The position numbers were made by a program, and so were the translations under genes. Positions 38,203 to 52,449 of a stretch of DNA of 60,703 bases are shown here, one piece after another; positions within the stretch are counted from its first letter, which is position 1, and every line of letters starts with the position of its first letter. The notes below the pieces were generated by a model. The model searched no databases, was not told the DNA's origin, and was given only the letters and a program-made list of their open reading frames with translations. The stretch is from Octopus bimaculoides (Eukaryota), in NCBI RefSeq assembly GCF_001194135.2, contig NC_068984.1, forward strand, positions 109,554,830 through 109,615,532, in the 5' to 3' direction.

Positions 38203-38241
38203 TTCGTCTATTCGTAGCTATTAACTTTCTCCATCTCTCAG

Positions 38242-38276
38242 AATTTTCTCGTCTGGAAGTACGTCATGGTTGTGCT
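38242..38276 (+). other. Candidate 35-nt exon
   Basis: ttaactttctccatctctcag acceptor and CT|GTAAGT donor; all three frames open; an opposite-strand reading is also possible. Confidence 0.2.
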
Positions 38277-38879
38277 GTAAGTATTGAAACAGTAGACAGT
38301 AAATGAACATTTTGATACCTTCAGCCCTGGGTCAAACTTGACGGAACAAACCCATGAAGAAAACCAGTATTTCAGGATACCTAAGACTGCATTAGGCAGT
38401 ATGTTCCACCATGTGTAAGACAATGATAGGGACATTTGATTTTGAGGAACTTTGACTGTTAGTTCTAAGAGGCCTTATGACCATGTTGACGTTCTTTCGT
38501 TGTCTTGAGTCCATTTAAGTTGTACAGAAATACATCATCATTATCAACTGGTTTAATACGTAAATGATGTTTTCCTCCTAGCTATAAGCAGTTATCATCA
38601 AAACAAGAAAAAACTGCAGCTTTGAAAAGTAGAACCAATGTGTGAAGTTCACGAGTTCCAAATGCTCTTGTACATATGACCTAGAGGATGCTGACTGGCA
38701 GTATATACATTAAATGTAGGGGTTCCTCCCCTTCACAGAATATGTGACAAAATATGAATCTTTCATAAATCTGCAATGTTTTTACAAAACAAATTAGTCA
38801 CGTCATATATCTACCGAGGCATATATAATAGAAGAGAAATATTTTCTTTTGAATTTTTATTAAATTTTCTTTTTTTTTT

Positions 38880-39011
38880 TGAGGCGGTGACTTGTTCATG
38901 TTTATTGGCAAGTATGCTTGCTATTCTATTGCGGGTTTTTCAATGGGGCGGGTTGTATTTTCATGGATGGTTTCCTTTTTAACTACCTATGAAAAACCGC
39001 GCGAGGTATGT
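38880..39011 (+). promoter_or_regulatory. Candidate promoter or first exon
   Basis: ATTGG (38904-38908), GC box GGGGCGGG (38945-38952), local CpG cluster and donor GAG|GTATGT at 39005/39006. Confidence 0.25.
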
Positions 39012-39339
39012 GATGCGAAAACTAAGTTTCTTAAATTTTCTTGTAGCTAACATACGCACATNNNNNNNNNNNNNNNNNNNNNNNNNNNNNNNNNNNNNNN
39101 NNNNNNNNNNNNNNNNNNNNNNNNNNNNNNNNNNNNNNNNNNNNNNNNNNNNNNNNNNNNNNNNNNNNNNNNNNNNNNNNNNNNNNNNNNNNNNNNNNNN
39201 NNNNNNNNNNNNNNNNNNNNNNNNNNNNNNNNNNNNNNNNNNNNNNNNNNNNNNNNNNNNNNNNNNNNNNNNNNNNNNNNNNNNNNNNNNNNNNNNNNNN
39301 NNNNNNNNNNNNNNNNNNNNNNNNNNNNNNNNNNNNNNN

Positions 39340-39381
<42 letters not shown>

Positions 39382-39813
39382 ATTAATATCTACATATAAT
39401 GTCATAATATTAAAATATCAAAGTTATAAAGCATAACTGTATATAATAAAAGTTGGGTGGGATATGAGACAGCGTCCCCTTTCACAAGATCGTAGCAGCT
39501 CTTCCACTTTAACAGTTTGATCCAGTCCAACATATCTGATGTTTTGTTTTTCACTGCTATCTTTTAAACATGACAAACGAGTTTGAAAGTAAAATAAATG
39601 AAGTGTACTGGAGTAAGATTGATCCTAAGATTAAACTTTAAATTGTTTAAATTCTAAGAAGATCAAATATAAAAAAACAAATGATAGGATATTTTTGTTG
39701 TTTTATTGTAATTGTTTTCGGATATTTGTTTATAAATGTTTATTGAAAAGCCTTACATACTGTCATACATACATGTTGTCGGTCACATAAATATGTATGC
39801 TGACGTGTGTGGC

Positions 39814-39879
<66 letters not shown>

Positions 39880-40274
39880 GTGTGTGCATTTATGTATATA
39901 TATTTATATATATGTGTGTACACATTTATGTACACATGCACATGTATTAATACATGCTCACACATATCTATGCATATATATATCTACTTATGTTTTAAAA
40001 TCCGGTATATATTGTATGCTTAAGTAATTGCTCACAAGCATGTTCACGCGTACATTTATGTGTTCACACAAACTTAAATATACACAGGCAAACATAAAAA
40101 TAGTTTAGCATATGCTCACATGTAATTATGCATACATAGAAAAACAAATCACTTTTTCACGCATTTACATCTACACAAAACGAAACTACAAGAGAAATTT
40201 ACGTATATACACTCAAACTTTGAAAGTAGATAGAACAGACCATTGCCCTTCATAGTAATAATAATTATTATTTT

Positions 40275-40488
40275 TCTACTCTAGGTACAAGGCCTGAAAT
40301 TTTGTGGGGCGGGTGCTAATCGATTTTATAACCCGCAGTGTTCAACTGGTAATCATATCATCGACTCCGAAACGATGAGAGGCAAAGGTAAAATCAACCT
40401 CGGTGGAATTTGAACTCAAGAAGTAAAGACAGACCAAATGCCGATAAGCATTTTGCCCAGCTTGCTAATTCTACCATTTCGCCACCTT
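40275..40488 (-). mobile_element. SINE family B
   Basis: Aligns to 6692-6897. Confidence 0.8.
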
Positions 40489-41155
40489 ATAATGATACAT
40501 TTTGATAATGCCGGCAGATGAATGCATTTGCCAAAGTTACTCTCGAAAGCCGAGTATTTTTAAAGCTACTTAATTAGTGCAAGAAGTCTGTTCTCTATTC
40601 TAATTTCAGTTCGTCCTATTTCATTCCTTTTGCATAATTTTTTTGTTCGTCGCACCTGTTTACTCAAAAGCAATTCTGACAAACCTTTCTATCATTTTTA
40701 GAATTTGTCTTCATGAATTTTTGTTTTCGGCCGCACAGTCTGCAGGTAAAAAAATTTAACAACATTAACAAATATATTATAAGAATACTTGTTATTTTTA
40801 AAAATGCGATTATTTTATTTTAGATCCAAATAAAAACATATATTTCTGATTTCATATCACTTTGTTATGCATGAATTTAGCATCGGTAAGCCAGAACTCA
40901 ACTGCAACCATCCAAAACCCATATCGTCTGTCTCATCATACAGCTGGTTGAGGATCATTTATTCTTCATTCTTGCACAGCCGCGCATCCTAGGTCTAACG
41001 CTAGTCAGGTCAAGATATTCTGAATCTTACTATCAACGCAAGAAATTCCAATTCCACAGGAAATGGTATATATCGCCTTCGCTATTTAAAGCTTCCACAG
41101 TACTGATGTAAAGTTTCATATACTCACTCCATACTTATTGCCTTCAGACACACAC

Positions 41156-41227
<72 letters not shown>

Positions 41228-41235
41228 ATACAGAG

Positions 41236-41266
<31 letters not shown>

Positions 41267-41476
41267 CAGATAGGGAGAGAGAGTAGGGTATGTATTACCA
41301 CTTGCTAAGATCAGAGCCAAGGCTCGTAAACCTAAATTTGTATCTAAATTTTACTTATATTGTGCCTGTAATGGTGTGAACTTGCTGGCCACCTTATTAA
41401 TATCATTAAAAACGATAGTAATACATCTTTATTTAAAAAAAAAGAATATATATATATCATATATTATATACACTAT

Positions 41477-41687
41477 TATAGGCATAAGGCCTGAAATATT
41501 AGGAGGAATAGCAGGGAAGGGCAAGGGGCTATATCGACCCCAGTGCTCAATTGATACTTATATCAGCGACTCAAAAAATGGGAGGCAAAGTCAACCTCGG
41601 CGGAATTTGAACTCAGAACGTAAAGACAGACGAAAAGCTGCTAAGCATTTCATCCAGCGCGCTAACGATTCAGGTAATCTGCCGCTT
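41477..41687 (-). mobile_element. SINE family B
   Basis: Aligns to 6692-6897. Confidence 0.85.
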
Positions 41688-41721
41688 TTACACAACAACA
41701 TATATAATATAAGCAATATAT

Positions 41722-41761
<40 letters not shown>

Positions 41762-41817
41762 NNNNNNNNNNNNNNNNNNNNNNNNNNNNNNNNNNNNNNN
41801 NNNNNNNNNNNNNNNNN

Positions 41818-41863
<46 letters not shown>

Positions 41864-42160
41864 GATATCTATGTATATATGAATGTGTGTGTATGTTTGC
41901 TTTTATATTCAATTATAAAAAAAAAAACAAGTTTACATTAATAGGATCGGTTACTCTATACTTTTGTAGTGTGCAAATTTTTTATCCTTAACCAAAAATG
42001 TTGTTGACTGTGACTTCGACACTTTGGTCAGCTAAGCTATCGTCTAACTGCCGACGATGGCTCTGCTGGCTGAAACTTCGAAGTCACTGGTAACAACATA
42101 CATGTTTTGCAATTATATACACACACACACATACACACACACACACACATGTTAATATAC

Positions 42161-42617
42161 ATATTCTTTTATTCTTTTATTTCTTTGCTTGTTTCAGTCA
42201 TATGACTGCGGCCAAGTGGGAGCACGGAATTTGGTCGTGCAAATCGACATGTCTTTGTGAACCTAGTACTTATTCTATCGGTTTGTTTTGCCGAACCGCT
42301 AAGTTACGGGTACGGGGATGTAAACACACCAGTATAGGTTGTCATGCGATGTTGGGGGGGGGGGGTCAAACACAGACACACAAACATAGACACACACATA
42401 CATACATACATACATACATACATACATACATACATAATACATATATATATATAAAAGGGGATTCTTTCAGTTTCCTTCTACCAAATCCACTCATAAAGTT
42501 TTCGTCGGCCCGCGGCTATAGAAGAAGACACTTGCCCAAAGTGCCAAGCAGACAGACTGAACCCGGAACCATGTGGTTGGTAAGCAAGCTACTTACCACA
42601 CAGCCACTCCTGCGCCT
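42161..42617 (-). mobile_element. SINE family A, full length
   Basis: Aligns end to end to 9866-10278. Confidence 0.9.
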
Positions 42618-42884
42618 ATATGTATACAAAAATTACCTCTTTATTCTCCGAATGTAATTTAATTATTATAAAATGCCATAGATCTCATACATCCACAGGG
42701 ATTCATAACTATATTAATATGCTGATGCTATTAAAGCCTTCCAGCATTTTTCATCAATAGATACCTTTACTCTTGTATAAAATATTTCATTTACTTTACT
42801 TGGTTTCATCTTCAAACATTTTGTTACTGCTTTAAACATAAACAAAATTTTAAACCCTACTGATATTAGTAGTTTCAAATTTTC

Positions 42885-43225
42885 TAGAGTATGGTTGCGT
42901 GGCTAAGAAGCTCGCTTTCTGACAACGTGGTTGCAGGTTCAGTCCATCGACGCAGCAGCTTGAGCAAACATTTTATTCTATATCTCTCAGGTTATAGCTT
43001 GTGAGTAAATTTGGTAGGCGGAAACTATATGAACGCCCGTCCTACACACACACACACCCTGCATTGGTGGGATCGATGTAATCGACTGGTTTCTTTGTCC
43101 CAAATTTACAGGCGCCGGCGTGGCTGTGTGCTAAGAAATGTGCTTCTCAATTAGATAATTCTGGGTTCAGTACCATTGCATGGTGCTTTAGGCAAGTGTC
43201 TTGTACTTTAGCATCGAGACGATCA
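42885..43225 (+). mobile_element. Cluster of SINE fragments (family A 5' half, family B tail, family A head)
   Basis: About 42885-43040, 43060-43110 and 43111-43225 respectively. Confidence 0.65.
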
Positions 43226-43244
43226 CAGCCATCGTATATATATA

Positions 43245-43600
43245 TATTCTTTTATTTGTTTCAGTCATTTGACTGAGGCCATGCTGTAGCACCACCTTTA
43301 GTCGAACAAATCGACTCCAGGATTAATTCTATGTAAGCTTAGTACTTATTCTATCGGTCTTTTGCTGAACCGCTACGTTACGGGGACGTGAACACACCAA
43401 CATCGGTTATCAAGTGATGGTGGGGAACAATACAGACTCACAAACATACACACACACATATGGGACGGGATTATTTCAGTTTCCGTTTACCGAGTTCATT
43501 CACAAGGCTTGGTCTGGTCGACCCGAGGCTATGGTAGAAGATACTTACCCAAGGTGCCAGCAGTGGGACTGGACCAGGAACCACACAGCCAATCCTGCGT
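43245..43600 (-). mobile_element. SINE family A, head partly deleted
   Basis: Aligns to 9866-10278. Confidence 0.85.
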
Positions 43601-43771
43601 CTACATATATATAAGGGGAATTAATGTAAAAATATATTACGCAGGATAAATTGTAGACATTTCAAAATTATTCACGAATATATCAGATGCCAGAACAAGC
43701 AATCAAAAAGTTATTGTATAAGAAGAATGCAATAATGTAAGGGTTTTTAACCCTCTCCGTTATAAATCTGA

Positions 43772-44189
43772 TTTACTCTTTACTCTTTACTCATTTACTT
43801 GTTTCAATCATTTGACAACGGCCATGCTGGAGCACCGCATTTAATCGAGCAAATCGACCCGCGGGCTTATTCTTTATAAGCCTAGTACTTATTCTATCGG
43901 TATCTTTTGCCGAACCGCTAAGTTACGGGGACGTAAACATACCAGCATCGGTTGTCAAGCAATGTTGGGAGGACAAAGACAGACACACAAACATATACAC
44001 ACACATACATATATATACATATATACGACGGGCTTCTTTCAGTTTCCGTCTACCAAATCCACTCACAAGTCTTTGGTCGGCCTGAGGCTATAGTAGAAGA
44101 CACTTGCCCAAGGTGCCTCGCAGTGGGACTGAACCCGGAACCATGTGGCTGGTAAGCAAGCTACTTACCACATAGCTACTCCTTCGCCT
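43772..44189 (-). mobile_element. SINE family A, full length, least diverged
   Basis: Aligns end to end to 9866-10278. Confidence 0.92.
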
Positions 44190-44213
44190 ATTCACAATTA
44201 TTGTACTCTCCTG

Positions 44214-44254
<41 letters not shown>

Positions 44255-45119
44255 GAAGATGCTGCGTTCAATCATGTAAAAACAAATAGTAAATGAGTAT
44301 ATGCATATATACGTACAGGTATGTGCATACCGACATCCACCTGTATGTATAGGTGCATATCTGGGTACAGGACATTGCAAACAAACGTAGACGAGAACAC
44401 ACGAGCCACNNNNNNNNNNNNNNNNNNNNNNNNNNNNNNNNNNNNNNNNNNNNNNNNNNNNNNNNNNNNNNNNNNNNNNNNNNNNNNNNNNNNNNNNNNN
44501 NNNNNNNNNNNNNNNNNNNNNNNNNNNNNNNNNNNNNNNNNNNNNNNNNNNNNNNNNNNNNNNNNNNNNNNNNNNNNNNNNNNNNNNNNNNNNNNNNNNN
44601 NNNNNNNNNNNNNNNNNNNNNNNNNNNNNNNNNNNNNNNNNNNNNNNNNNNNNNNNNNNNNNNNNNNNNNNNNNNNNNNNNNNNNNNNNNNNNNNNNNNN
44701 NNNNNNNNNNNNNNNNNNNNNNNNNNNNNNNNNNNNNNNNNNNNNNNNNNNNNNNNNNNNNNNNNNNNNNNNNNNNNNNNNNNNNNNNNNNNNNNNNNNN
44801 NNNNNNNNNNNNNNNNNNNNNNNNNNNNNNNNNNNNNNNNNNNNNNNNNNNNNNNNNNNNNNNNNNNNNNNNNTGTATGTATGTATTTATGTATGTATGT
44901 TTGTGCGTATCAGATTTAAAATTAAAGAATTAAGGTTTAGAAATTAGGCGTTAAATGCAGTGTCCAAAATTTGTTTCAGGATAAGTCCCAGGTAGTATGT
45001 GTGCAGAGCACGTTCAACATTTATGGCTATCAGGTGTAATCAGCGAAATTGTGCGTTCGTCGACGGATGTACGTCCGGAATTCCAAGGTGCACATCTTCC
45101 TTATAAATCTTTTAATATG

Positions 45120-45164
<45 letters not shown>

Positions 45165-45182
45165 NNNNNNNNNNTGTATATT

Positions 45183-45229
<47 letters not shown>

Positions 45230-45244
45230 GTATATATATATATA

Positions 45245-45505
45245 CGTGTGTGATGGTATCTGTGTTTGTCCCTATCCACCGCTACTGGATGTTTACGTCC
45301 CCGTTAGCTAGCGGTTCGGCAAAACTGACAAATAGAATAGGCATCAGGCTTTAGAAAACTTATGTTATGGGATCAATTTATTCGACTAAAAACTCTTTAG
45401 GGCGGTGACCCAGCATGGCCGCAGCATAATGGTTGAAACAAACGAAACATAAAAGGAGGCGGGGCGCCAGTGTAGACGCAGGCCAATGACTGAAACAAAA
45501 GATTT
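45245..45505 (+). mobile_element. SINE family A-related, 3' half with duplicated tail end
   Basis: Aligns to 21040-21255; tgactgaaacaa-like end occurs twice. Confidence 0.7.
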
Positions 45506-45813
45506 AACAGTTTTTGAAGAAGTTTTGTTTTTACTGAGTAACAAAACATTTCATTTCTGGTAATAACTAGCAAACTCTGTCAAAAAGTGATCACTTCTAT
45601 TAATTCCATGGCAACATATTAGAATAGTTACTTATTTTTTCATATCGATGTGTCTGTTATATCAATTAATTTTATCTTCTACTCGCCAAAAATGGCATGG
45701 AACTGTTTCGCTGTCAAAGCTTCGTTTTTCCATAATTAAACTATCATCAATGCGTCGGCTACATCTCCCCCTACTCTCCTTTTAGCTGTCTGTCTGTCTG
45801 TCTGTCTGTCTGC

Positions 45814-45844
<31 letters not shown>

Positions 45845-46319
45845 TTATTCTTTGAGAAAGAAATAGATCNNNNNNNNNNNNNNNNNNNNNNNNNNNNNNN
45901 NNNNNNNNNNNNNNNNNNNNNNNNNNNNNNNNNNNNNNNNNNNNNNNNNNNNNNNNNNNNNNNNNNNNNNNNNNNNNNNNNNNNNNNNNNNNNNNNNNNN
46001 TGAATGTGTATGTGAGTAGTGAAACATTGAAAAATTAAGAGGTGATACAAAATTTTGATTGCTAAAGATGTGAATGAATTATATGTATGTATTTATGAAT
46101 GTATGTATATATATATGTGTGTGTATATATAAGGTCATAAATGACAGAAATAGTTTGATGAAATTTTATTTTACAAGAGAATTGTACTATCACGACAGAT
46201 TGCTTCGTAATTTAAAAGTCTGTAAATAATTTATATTACTATATTTAATAATAAATAAATTACTTGCATGCATGTATATAGGTATGTATGTATGTATGTA
46301 TGTATGTATGTATGTATGT

Positions 46320-46570
46320 ATGTCATTGCTCTGTTTTATTTCAAGATTTCTTGCCAATAGAAGAAGAGCCGGTTTCTAACCTAGATCCAAGGCTCCTTCA
46401 TTGGAATTTCAACATCAACAACAGGGTATTTTTGTTTGTATGTATGTATATGCGCAAATTTGTATGTTTTGTTTTATGTATGTATTCTCATGCATATTGT
46501 TGCATATCTAAGCATGCTCATATATATTTAAATGATAAACTTCTGGAAAATTTTACAGATTTTTACAGGA
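46320..46570 (+). repeat. Unclassified interspersed repeat, copy 1
   Basis: Matches the reverse complement of 50440-50690 (ttttattt.aag..ttcttgcca.tag; tagatccaaggct; ttaaatgataaac). Confidence 0.7.
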
Positions 46571-46823
46571 CCAGTGATGGATTGGCTCTGTAGTCTTCGA
46601 GTCAGTATTTTGTCCGATGTGCTAACGATTCTGCTAGCTCGCCGCCTTAATATATGAATATATATTCAGCCCCCCTCCATAACACTTAAATCTCATGGGC
46701 GCGTAGGATGCACACAAAATTTTAAAGTAATATGGAGATGAGGCAAACTGTCATTAAAAAATGCATGTAATACCTACCAAATGTTTTGATTGCCACTTTC
46801 TTTCATTTGTCCACTCACTCGTA

Positions 46824-46898
<75 letters not shown>

Positions 46899-47610
46899 TT
46901 GTCTGTCTGTCTGTCTGTCTATCTAATATATGTGCGTGTGTATGTGTGTATGTGTATGTGTATGTGTGTGTCTGTGTCCGGCTGTATGCAACAAAACCAC
47001 CATAAACTATAAATTCCTGGCACAAGTCTAACCCTTATCGGAACAGGATTTCAACGGTGGAAAACACCTAAACAATAGCAATACAAAAAACAAACGGTTC
47101 GCAACAAAAGATATACACAAATAAATAAACGTATGCATCTCATCGTCTGCAGTTTACGGATAACATTTTTGCTTTCGACACCAGTACTCTGACAACACTT
47201 TTAAGATGTTCTGTAAAACATACATGTCATTGTATTGAATGAAGAAACAACTCACGATCTACCGGTCACATGCTGTAAAATCTTTGAACAAAATGGATCC
47301 ATGAACTGACTGAAGTTAAAATGTTTAATTTTGTCTTCCTTCTCTGCTCTGCAAACTTTTATGTTCAAAACTATCTTAATGTCCGATAGTTTATCCGTAT
47401 TCGCAGAGGAGAGAGAATTTTGCATTCTGCTGAATGATTAAACAATTTACTCTGTTAGTAATTAATAATCTTTTTTTCCTCTAGGCACAATAAAATTTAT
47501 CTTTCTACTTGTTCATATATATATATATATATATATCTTCACACATATACCAATGTATGTGTCTGTGTATATACATAGAAATTATCGATATCACTCAATG
47601 TATGTATTTT

Positions 47611-48441
47611 GTTTAAACGCAAATTAGCACTGGAATTTTTTCCAGGGAAAATCTCTTTAAAATGCTGAGTGTTAAAAACCACTGAACAGCTCAAGCCCAG
47701 CCGACACTAATCGCATCGTAGTTGAACGAGAACGGTGGATATCGATATTTCTCTACTATTTCAGCTTATCGACAGAATATATTCGAATTACCTCGAAACG
47801 AATTCGAAACGCTGATCTGAGATATATATGCAAATAACGTTAGGTCTACCCACTTATGAGAAACAGGGTCGCACAAGTGAAACAAAAGCTCTAATAATGT
47901 AAACGTTATAGGTTTCAAATTTTTGCAAAAGGCTAGCAATTTCTGAGGAGGGGGGTAGATCGATTACATCGACCCCCCCCCCAGTGCTCAACTGGCACTT
48001 ATTTATCGACCCCGAAAGTATGAAAGGCAAAGTAGACCTCGGCGGTATTTGAACTCACAATGTAAAGATAGACGAAATGCCGCTAATCTCTTTGACAGGC
48101 ATGCTAACGATTCTGCATGCTCGCTGCCTGATAATGTTAAACTTGACTGAACGATTGTTTAAACGATTATTAGTGGCGAAATTTTGTCTGGAGATATGAA
48201 ATCATTTCAAGGTAACTCGGTTTGAATTTCACCCAGAGTTTGGAACTCGTTTCTACGTAACTCGATTATATGATGCCGATGAGCTGAAACAACAGCGAAA
48301 TGTTGATAGACACGGTTCTCGTTCACCTACGGCTCCATTGCCTGATTTTGACATATTCGATGTGCTTCAGTGTATTTTAATACGCAACGTCTTTAAAGGA
48401 CTTTCTTTGGATGAAATTTCGCAGCTAATAAGTGTATAAAC
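47611..48441. mobile_element. Diverged foldback or long-TIR element with nested SINE
   Basis: Arms about 47611-47814 and 48234-48441 are inverted homologues (44/55 identities in the best block). Confidence 0.6.
47911..48129 (-). mobile_element. SINE family B
   Basis: Aligns to 6692-6897. Confidence 0.85.
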
Positions 48442-48459
48442 AACATAAACTCATTAATT

Positions 48460-48572
48460 ATGTGATATCAATAGATAGATAAATAGATAAATAGACATAC
48501 AGAGAGAGAGGCAGATAGATAGATAGGCAAATAGATAGGTACGTAAATGGATACGTAGATAGACAGACAGAC

Positions 48573-48631
<59 letters not shown>

Positions 48632-48794
48632 GGGAAAAAGAAGGGGAAAATAAAAAAGAAAAAAGGAAGACATAAAAAACGAACGAAAGAAAGAAGGGAA
48701 GACAGAAAGAAAGGAAACGAAAGAAGGCAAGAAATACAGAAAGAAGGAATGAGTGAATGAATGAATGAATGAATGGAAGAAAGAGAGATTGAAA

Positions 48795-48848
<54 letters not shown>

Positions 48849-49090
48849 AAGAAAAAATAAAGAAAGAAAGAAAATAAAAACGAAAATACCAAGAAAGCAA
48901 TGAAAATCATGCCAGAAAAGAGTAAAGAATAATAAAAGGTAAACATGTCAAGAAAGAAAGAAAAAAGAAGAAAAGTAAGGAGGGAAACAAAAAATCTAGA
49001 ACAAACAGACCGAGAAGGGAGGAAAGAAGGAAGGAAAGGAGGAAGGAAGGAAGGAAACACACAGTGAGCGAGAAGGAAAAAAGAGACAGA
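48460..49090. repeat. (GATA)n/(GAAA)n/(GGAA)n purine-rich compound microsatellite
   Basis: Direct reading. Confidence 0.92.
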
Positions 49091-49317
49091 CATTTATGAA
49101 GTGTGTTGTGATTGAAAATCTCCAGAAATACCATTTATAAATGAAAAAGGAGCAAGCTTGATGTTTGGTTGGAGAGAAGCCAAGCTTCTGTACGTGTGTG
49201 TGTGTATGTGTGTGTGTGTGCGTGTGTGTGTGTGTGTGTGTGTGAATGTATATATGTGAGTGTGCACTTGTGAGTATGTACATGTGTCGATTTGTGTATG
49301 TTTGTGTCTCTCTGGAC

Positions 49318-49365
<48 letters not shown>

Positions 49366-50439
49366 TTGCGTGTGTAAATAACAGCAGACAAAGGATTTGA
49401 TGGTCAGTCAGAGTATTTGTTGTTGTATAACAAAGACTCTCTTGTGAAAATCAGACGTGATGGTCATGGATAGACTGACTGTGATCATAGGACTGCACCA
49501 GTAAAGAGGACATGTTGCTGAACAACTACAACGACGACGAACGGCAACAGCAACAGTGTCCACCAACTGATCACTGGTTTCTCTCACAAAAAAAAAACTA
49601 ACGAATCAAAGGCGTTCCATCTGTGGCTATCTCTCTGTATATTTAGGATTACATTATCCATGTTATATTTTCCTATTTTAAAGATGCTAGGGTTGAGGGG
49701 TTTTAAAGATGCTATGTTGAGGGATTTTAGCTGTTGTTTCTGATAGCTCACGCTGTAGTCACTTGGAGCACACACGGTCGATACTTGAGGATGACGTGAA
49801 GGTAATTTTTGTTGTTTAGCCCCAAAGCTAATCCTGATTGAACAAACCTACGACCAAAAACATTCCAGCAATGACTGTTACGTTTTTCTTATTGGAAGGG
49901 TCACAAAATTACGTATTTCAGTGTGACTATTCCTGACACAACAGGCTTAGATAGATGTGATATGAGAGAGATTTGACTGCCACTGTATAGAAATGTCGTT
50001 GGCTTCTGATTGGTGGTGGAAATTTAAAATTAGATTTGAGCTGTTTTAGAGGACAGAATTTAGTGGTCTCTTCTCTGAGGGAGAAGATGCGTGGTGCTTC
50101 TCGTCGAGAGTCCGGTAAATGCCAAGATCTTTTATTATTTTCACCCGCTCTACTTGAAATCTGAAAAATCACTACAATGCCAAGGGGACCAAGAATTTCA
50201 TTTATGACGAATGTTTCAAAAAACTTACTGAAAACTATTCCACATCTATAATGTACTACCACGAGAACATGCAGTCAATACATTTTGTATAATAGTTGAT
50301 GTTAGGAAGGACATTCTGTATAATAGTTGGTGTTAGGAAGGTCAAACGACATGTATATGTACGTAAAATTTAGGGGAAGTAACTCCCAATGTGATGTGAC
50401 TCAGACCGTGGCAGCTTATCCAATCCATGCCAGCATCGA

Positions 50440-50690
50440 AAACGGATGTAAAGTGGTGATTTATGTGTGAACATACATATATACATTCCAAAGGTTTATC
50501 ATTTAAGTATATATGAGCATGTCTAGAAATGCAAATATATGGATGAGAGCATGTATAAAAATACAAATCTGTACTTACAAAAACATACATACATACATAC
50601 CAAAATACACTGAAGCAGCCTTGGATCTACGTTAGGAATAGGCTCTTTCTATACTGGCAAGAAGACTTAAAATAAAACTGAATAAAGACA
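50440..50690 (-). repeat. Unclassified interspersed repeat, copy 2
   Basis: Inverted homologue of 46320-46570. Confidence 0.7.
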
Positions 50691-51040
50691 TAGATATATA
50701 CATACACACATATTCGCACACATATGTATCTATGTATGTATGTGTGAATGTATATATGCATTATATATGTATGTTTTTATGTATGTATATAGATTCTCTT
50801 TCACTTTTTCACTTACAGTTAATTTTGACCAGTTACCTGGTTGGTAGCAAGGTTTTGAAGGAAAGCATCTTTTGAAGGAAAGCATTGTTAATCATTCTTA
50901 AGATCTTAAGAAGGACATGGAGATTTTTGTAGTCCTAAATATCTTGATCATTTCTAGTACATAAATCAAGGACTTGCGTATGGAATATACGCACAAATGT
51001 ATGTTCTCTTCCGACACTCACACACATATGTACACATGTG

Positions 51041-51087
<47 letters not shown>

Positions 51088-51135
51088 ATACATACATATA
51101 TATACATATTACACATGTGTATAGATATATATATG

Positions 51136-51216
<81 letters not shown>

Positions 51217-51221
51217 GTTTC

Positions 51222-51385
51222 TTTTCAGTTTCCGTCTATCAAATCCATTTACAAGGCTAATGTCGGCCCGCGGCTATAACAAAAGAGAACTATCTAAGGT
51301 GCCACACAGAGGGACAGAGGGACTGAACCGGGAACCATGTGGTTGTGTAGTAAACTTCTTACCACACAGCCAGGCATTCGCCTTT
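51222..51385 (-). mobile_element. SINE family A, 5' half
   Basis: Aligns to 10130-10278. Confidence 0.75.
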
Positions 51386-51705
51386 ACACTTGCATGCAGT
51401 TAGTCGTGTGCTGTGGGACATGCTTAAGTTTACGCATGTAGAAGATCATACATATTCACACATAGGCTCATACATATTCATATACTCATATAAATATGTA
51501 TATATACATTTTTGCATAATTATATACATTTATTTTATATACATGGCACAAGATATTTATACATGCACATATACATATATACTTACACACATATATATAT
51601 ACACATATAGATAAATATATATATACGCATATATATATTTATGTATATATATATATATATTTATATATATATACACAGATGCATATATATATATATGTAT
51701 GCATG

Positions 51706-51765
<60 letters not shown>

Positions 51766-52207
51766 ATGATATGTATGAATCTATATCCATGCATTTGTTT
51801 TTTGTAAGTGTATACGGGTATTTTAAAACAATTTTTTTCATTTTCATCATTATTCATCTTTATTCTATCTTTATGTTATAGTTTAATTTATTCCAGAAAG
51901 GGGTGAAAATTCATGGCTTGATTTGAAGAAGCGGAGCATTTTTCAAAATGAGAATAGTTTCATCCTTTTCAACAGTTTTCTTTTTTCTGTTCAATTTTAA
52001 ATACTTTTTCTATAATGAATCTACGAATCTACACATTCATGTGCGGAGACTACCAGAACTGCTCATTCACGATATAAATTGAATATGTGCGTTTGCGCGC
52101 GTGTGTGTGTGTAGACGTGAGTGTGATGTTTTGTGTTTTATGCTTCTTAATTTTCCAATACAGTGCTCAATAAACATATATTTACAGGTTTATTTCTGTT
52201 TCTGCAT

Positions 52208-52281
<74 letters not shown>

Positions 52282-52402
52282 GTGTGTCTGTCTGTCTATC
52301 AGTCTATCTTTTATTTATCTATCCATGTAATATATAGTCATATACATATACATGCATATATTGTGTCTAAATACATACATATGTATATATACATACACCT
52401 CA

Positions 52403-52449
<47 letters not shown>

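Noticed and set aside
48206-48439. 78-codon stop-free plus-strand frame treated as a host exon
   Set aside because: Lies within the right arm of the inverted repeat and the left arm has stops in that frame; kept only as part of the foldback finding.
49927-50262. 111-aa minus-strand ORF in non-repetitive sequence
   Set aside because: No recognisable domain; a KIIKDLGI string in another frame hints at LINE decay but is too short to call.
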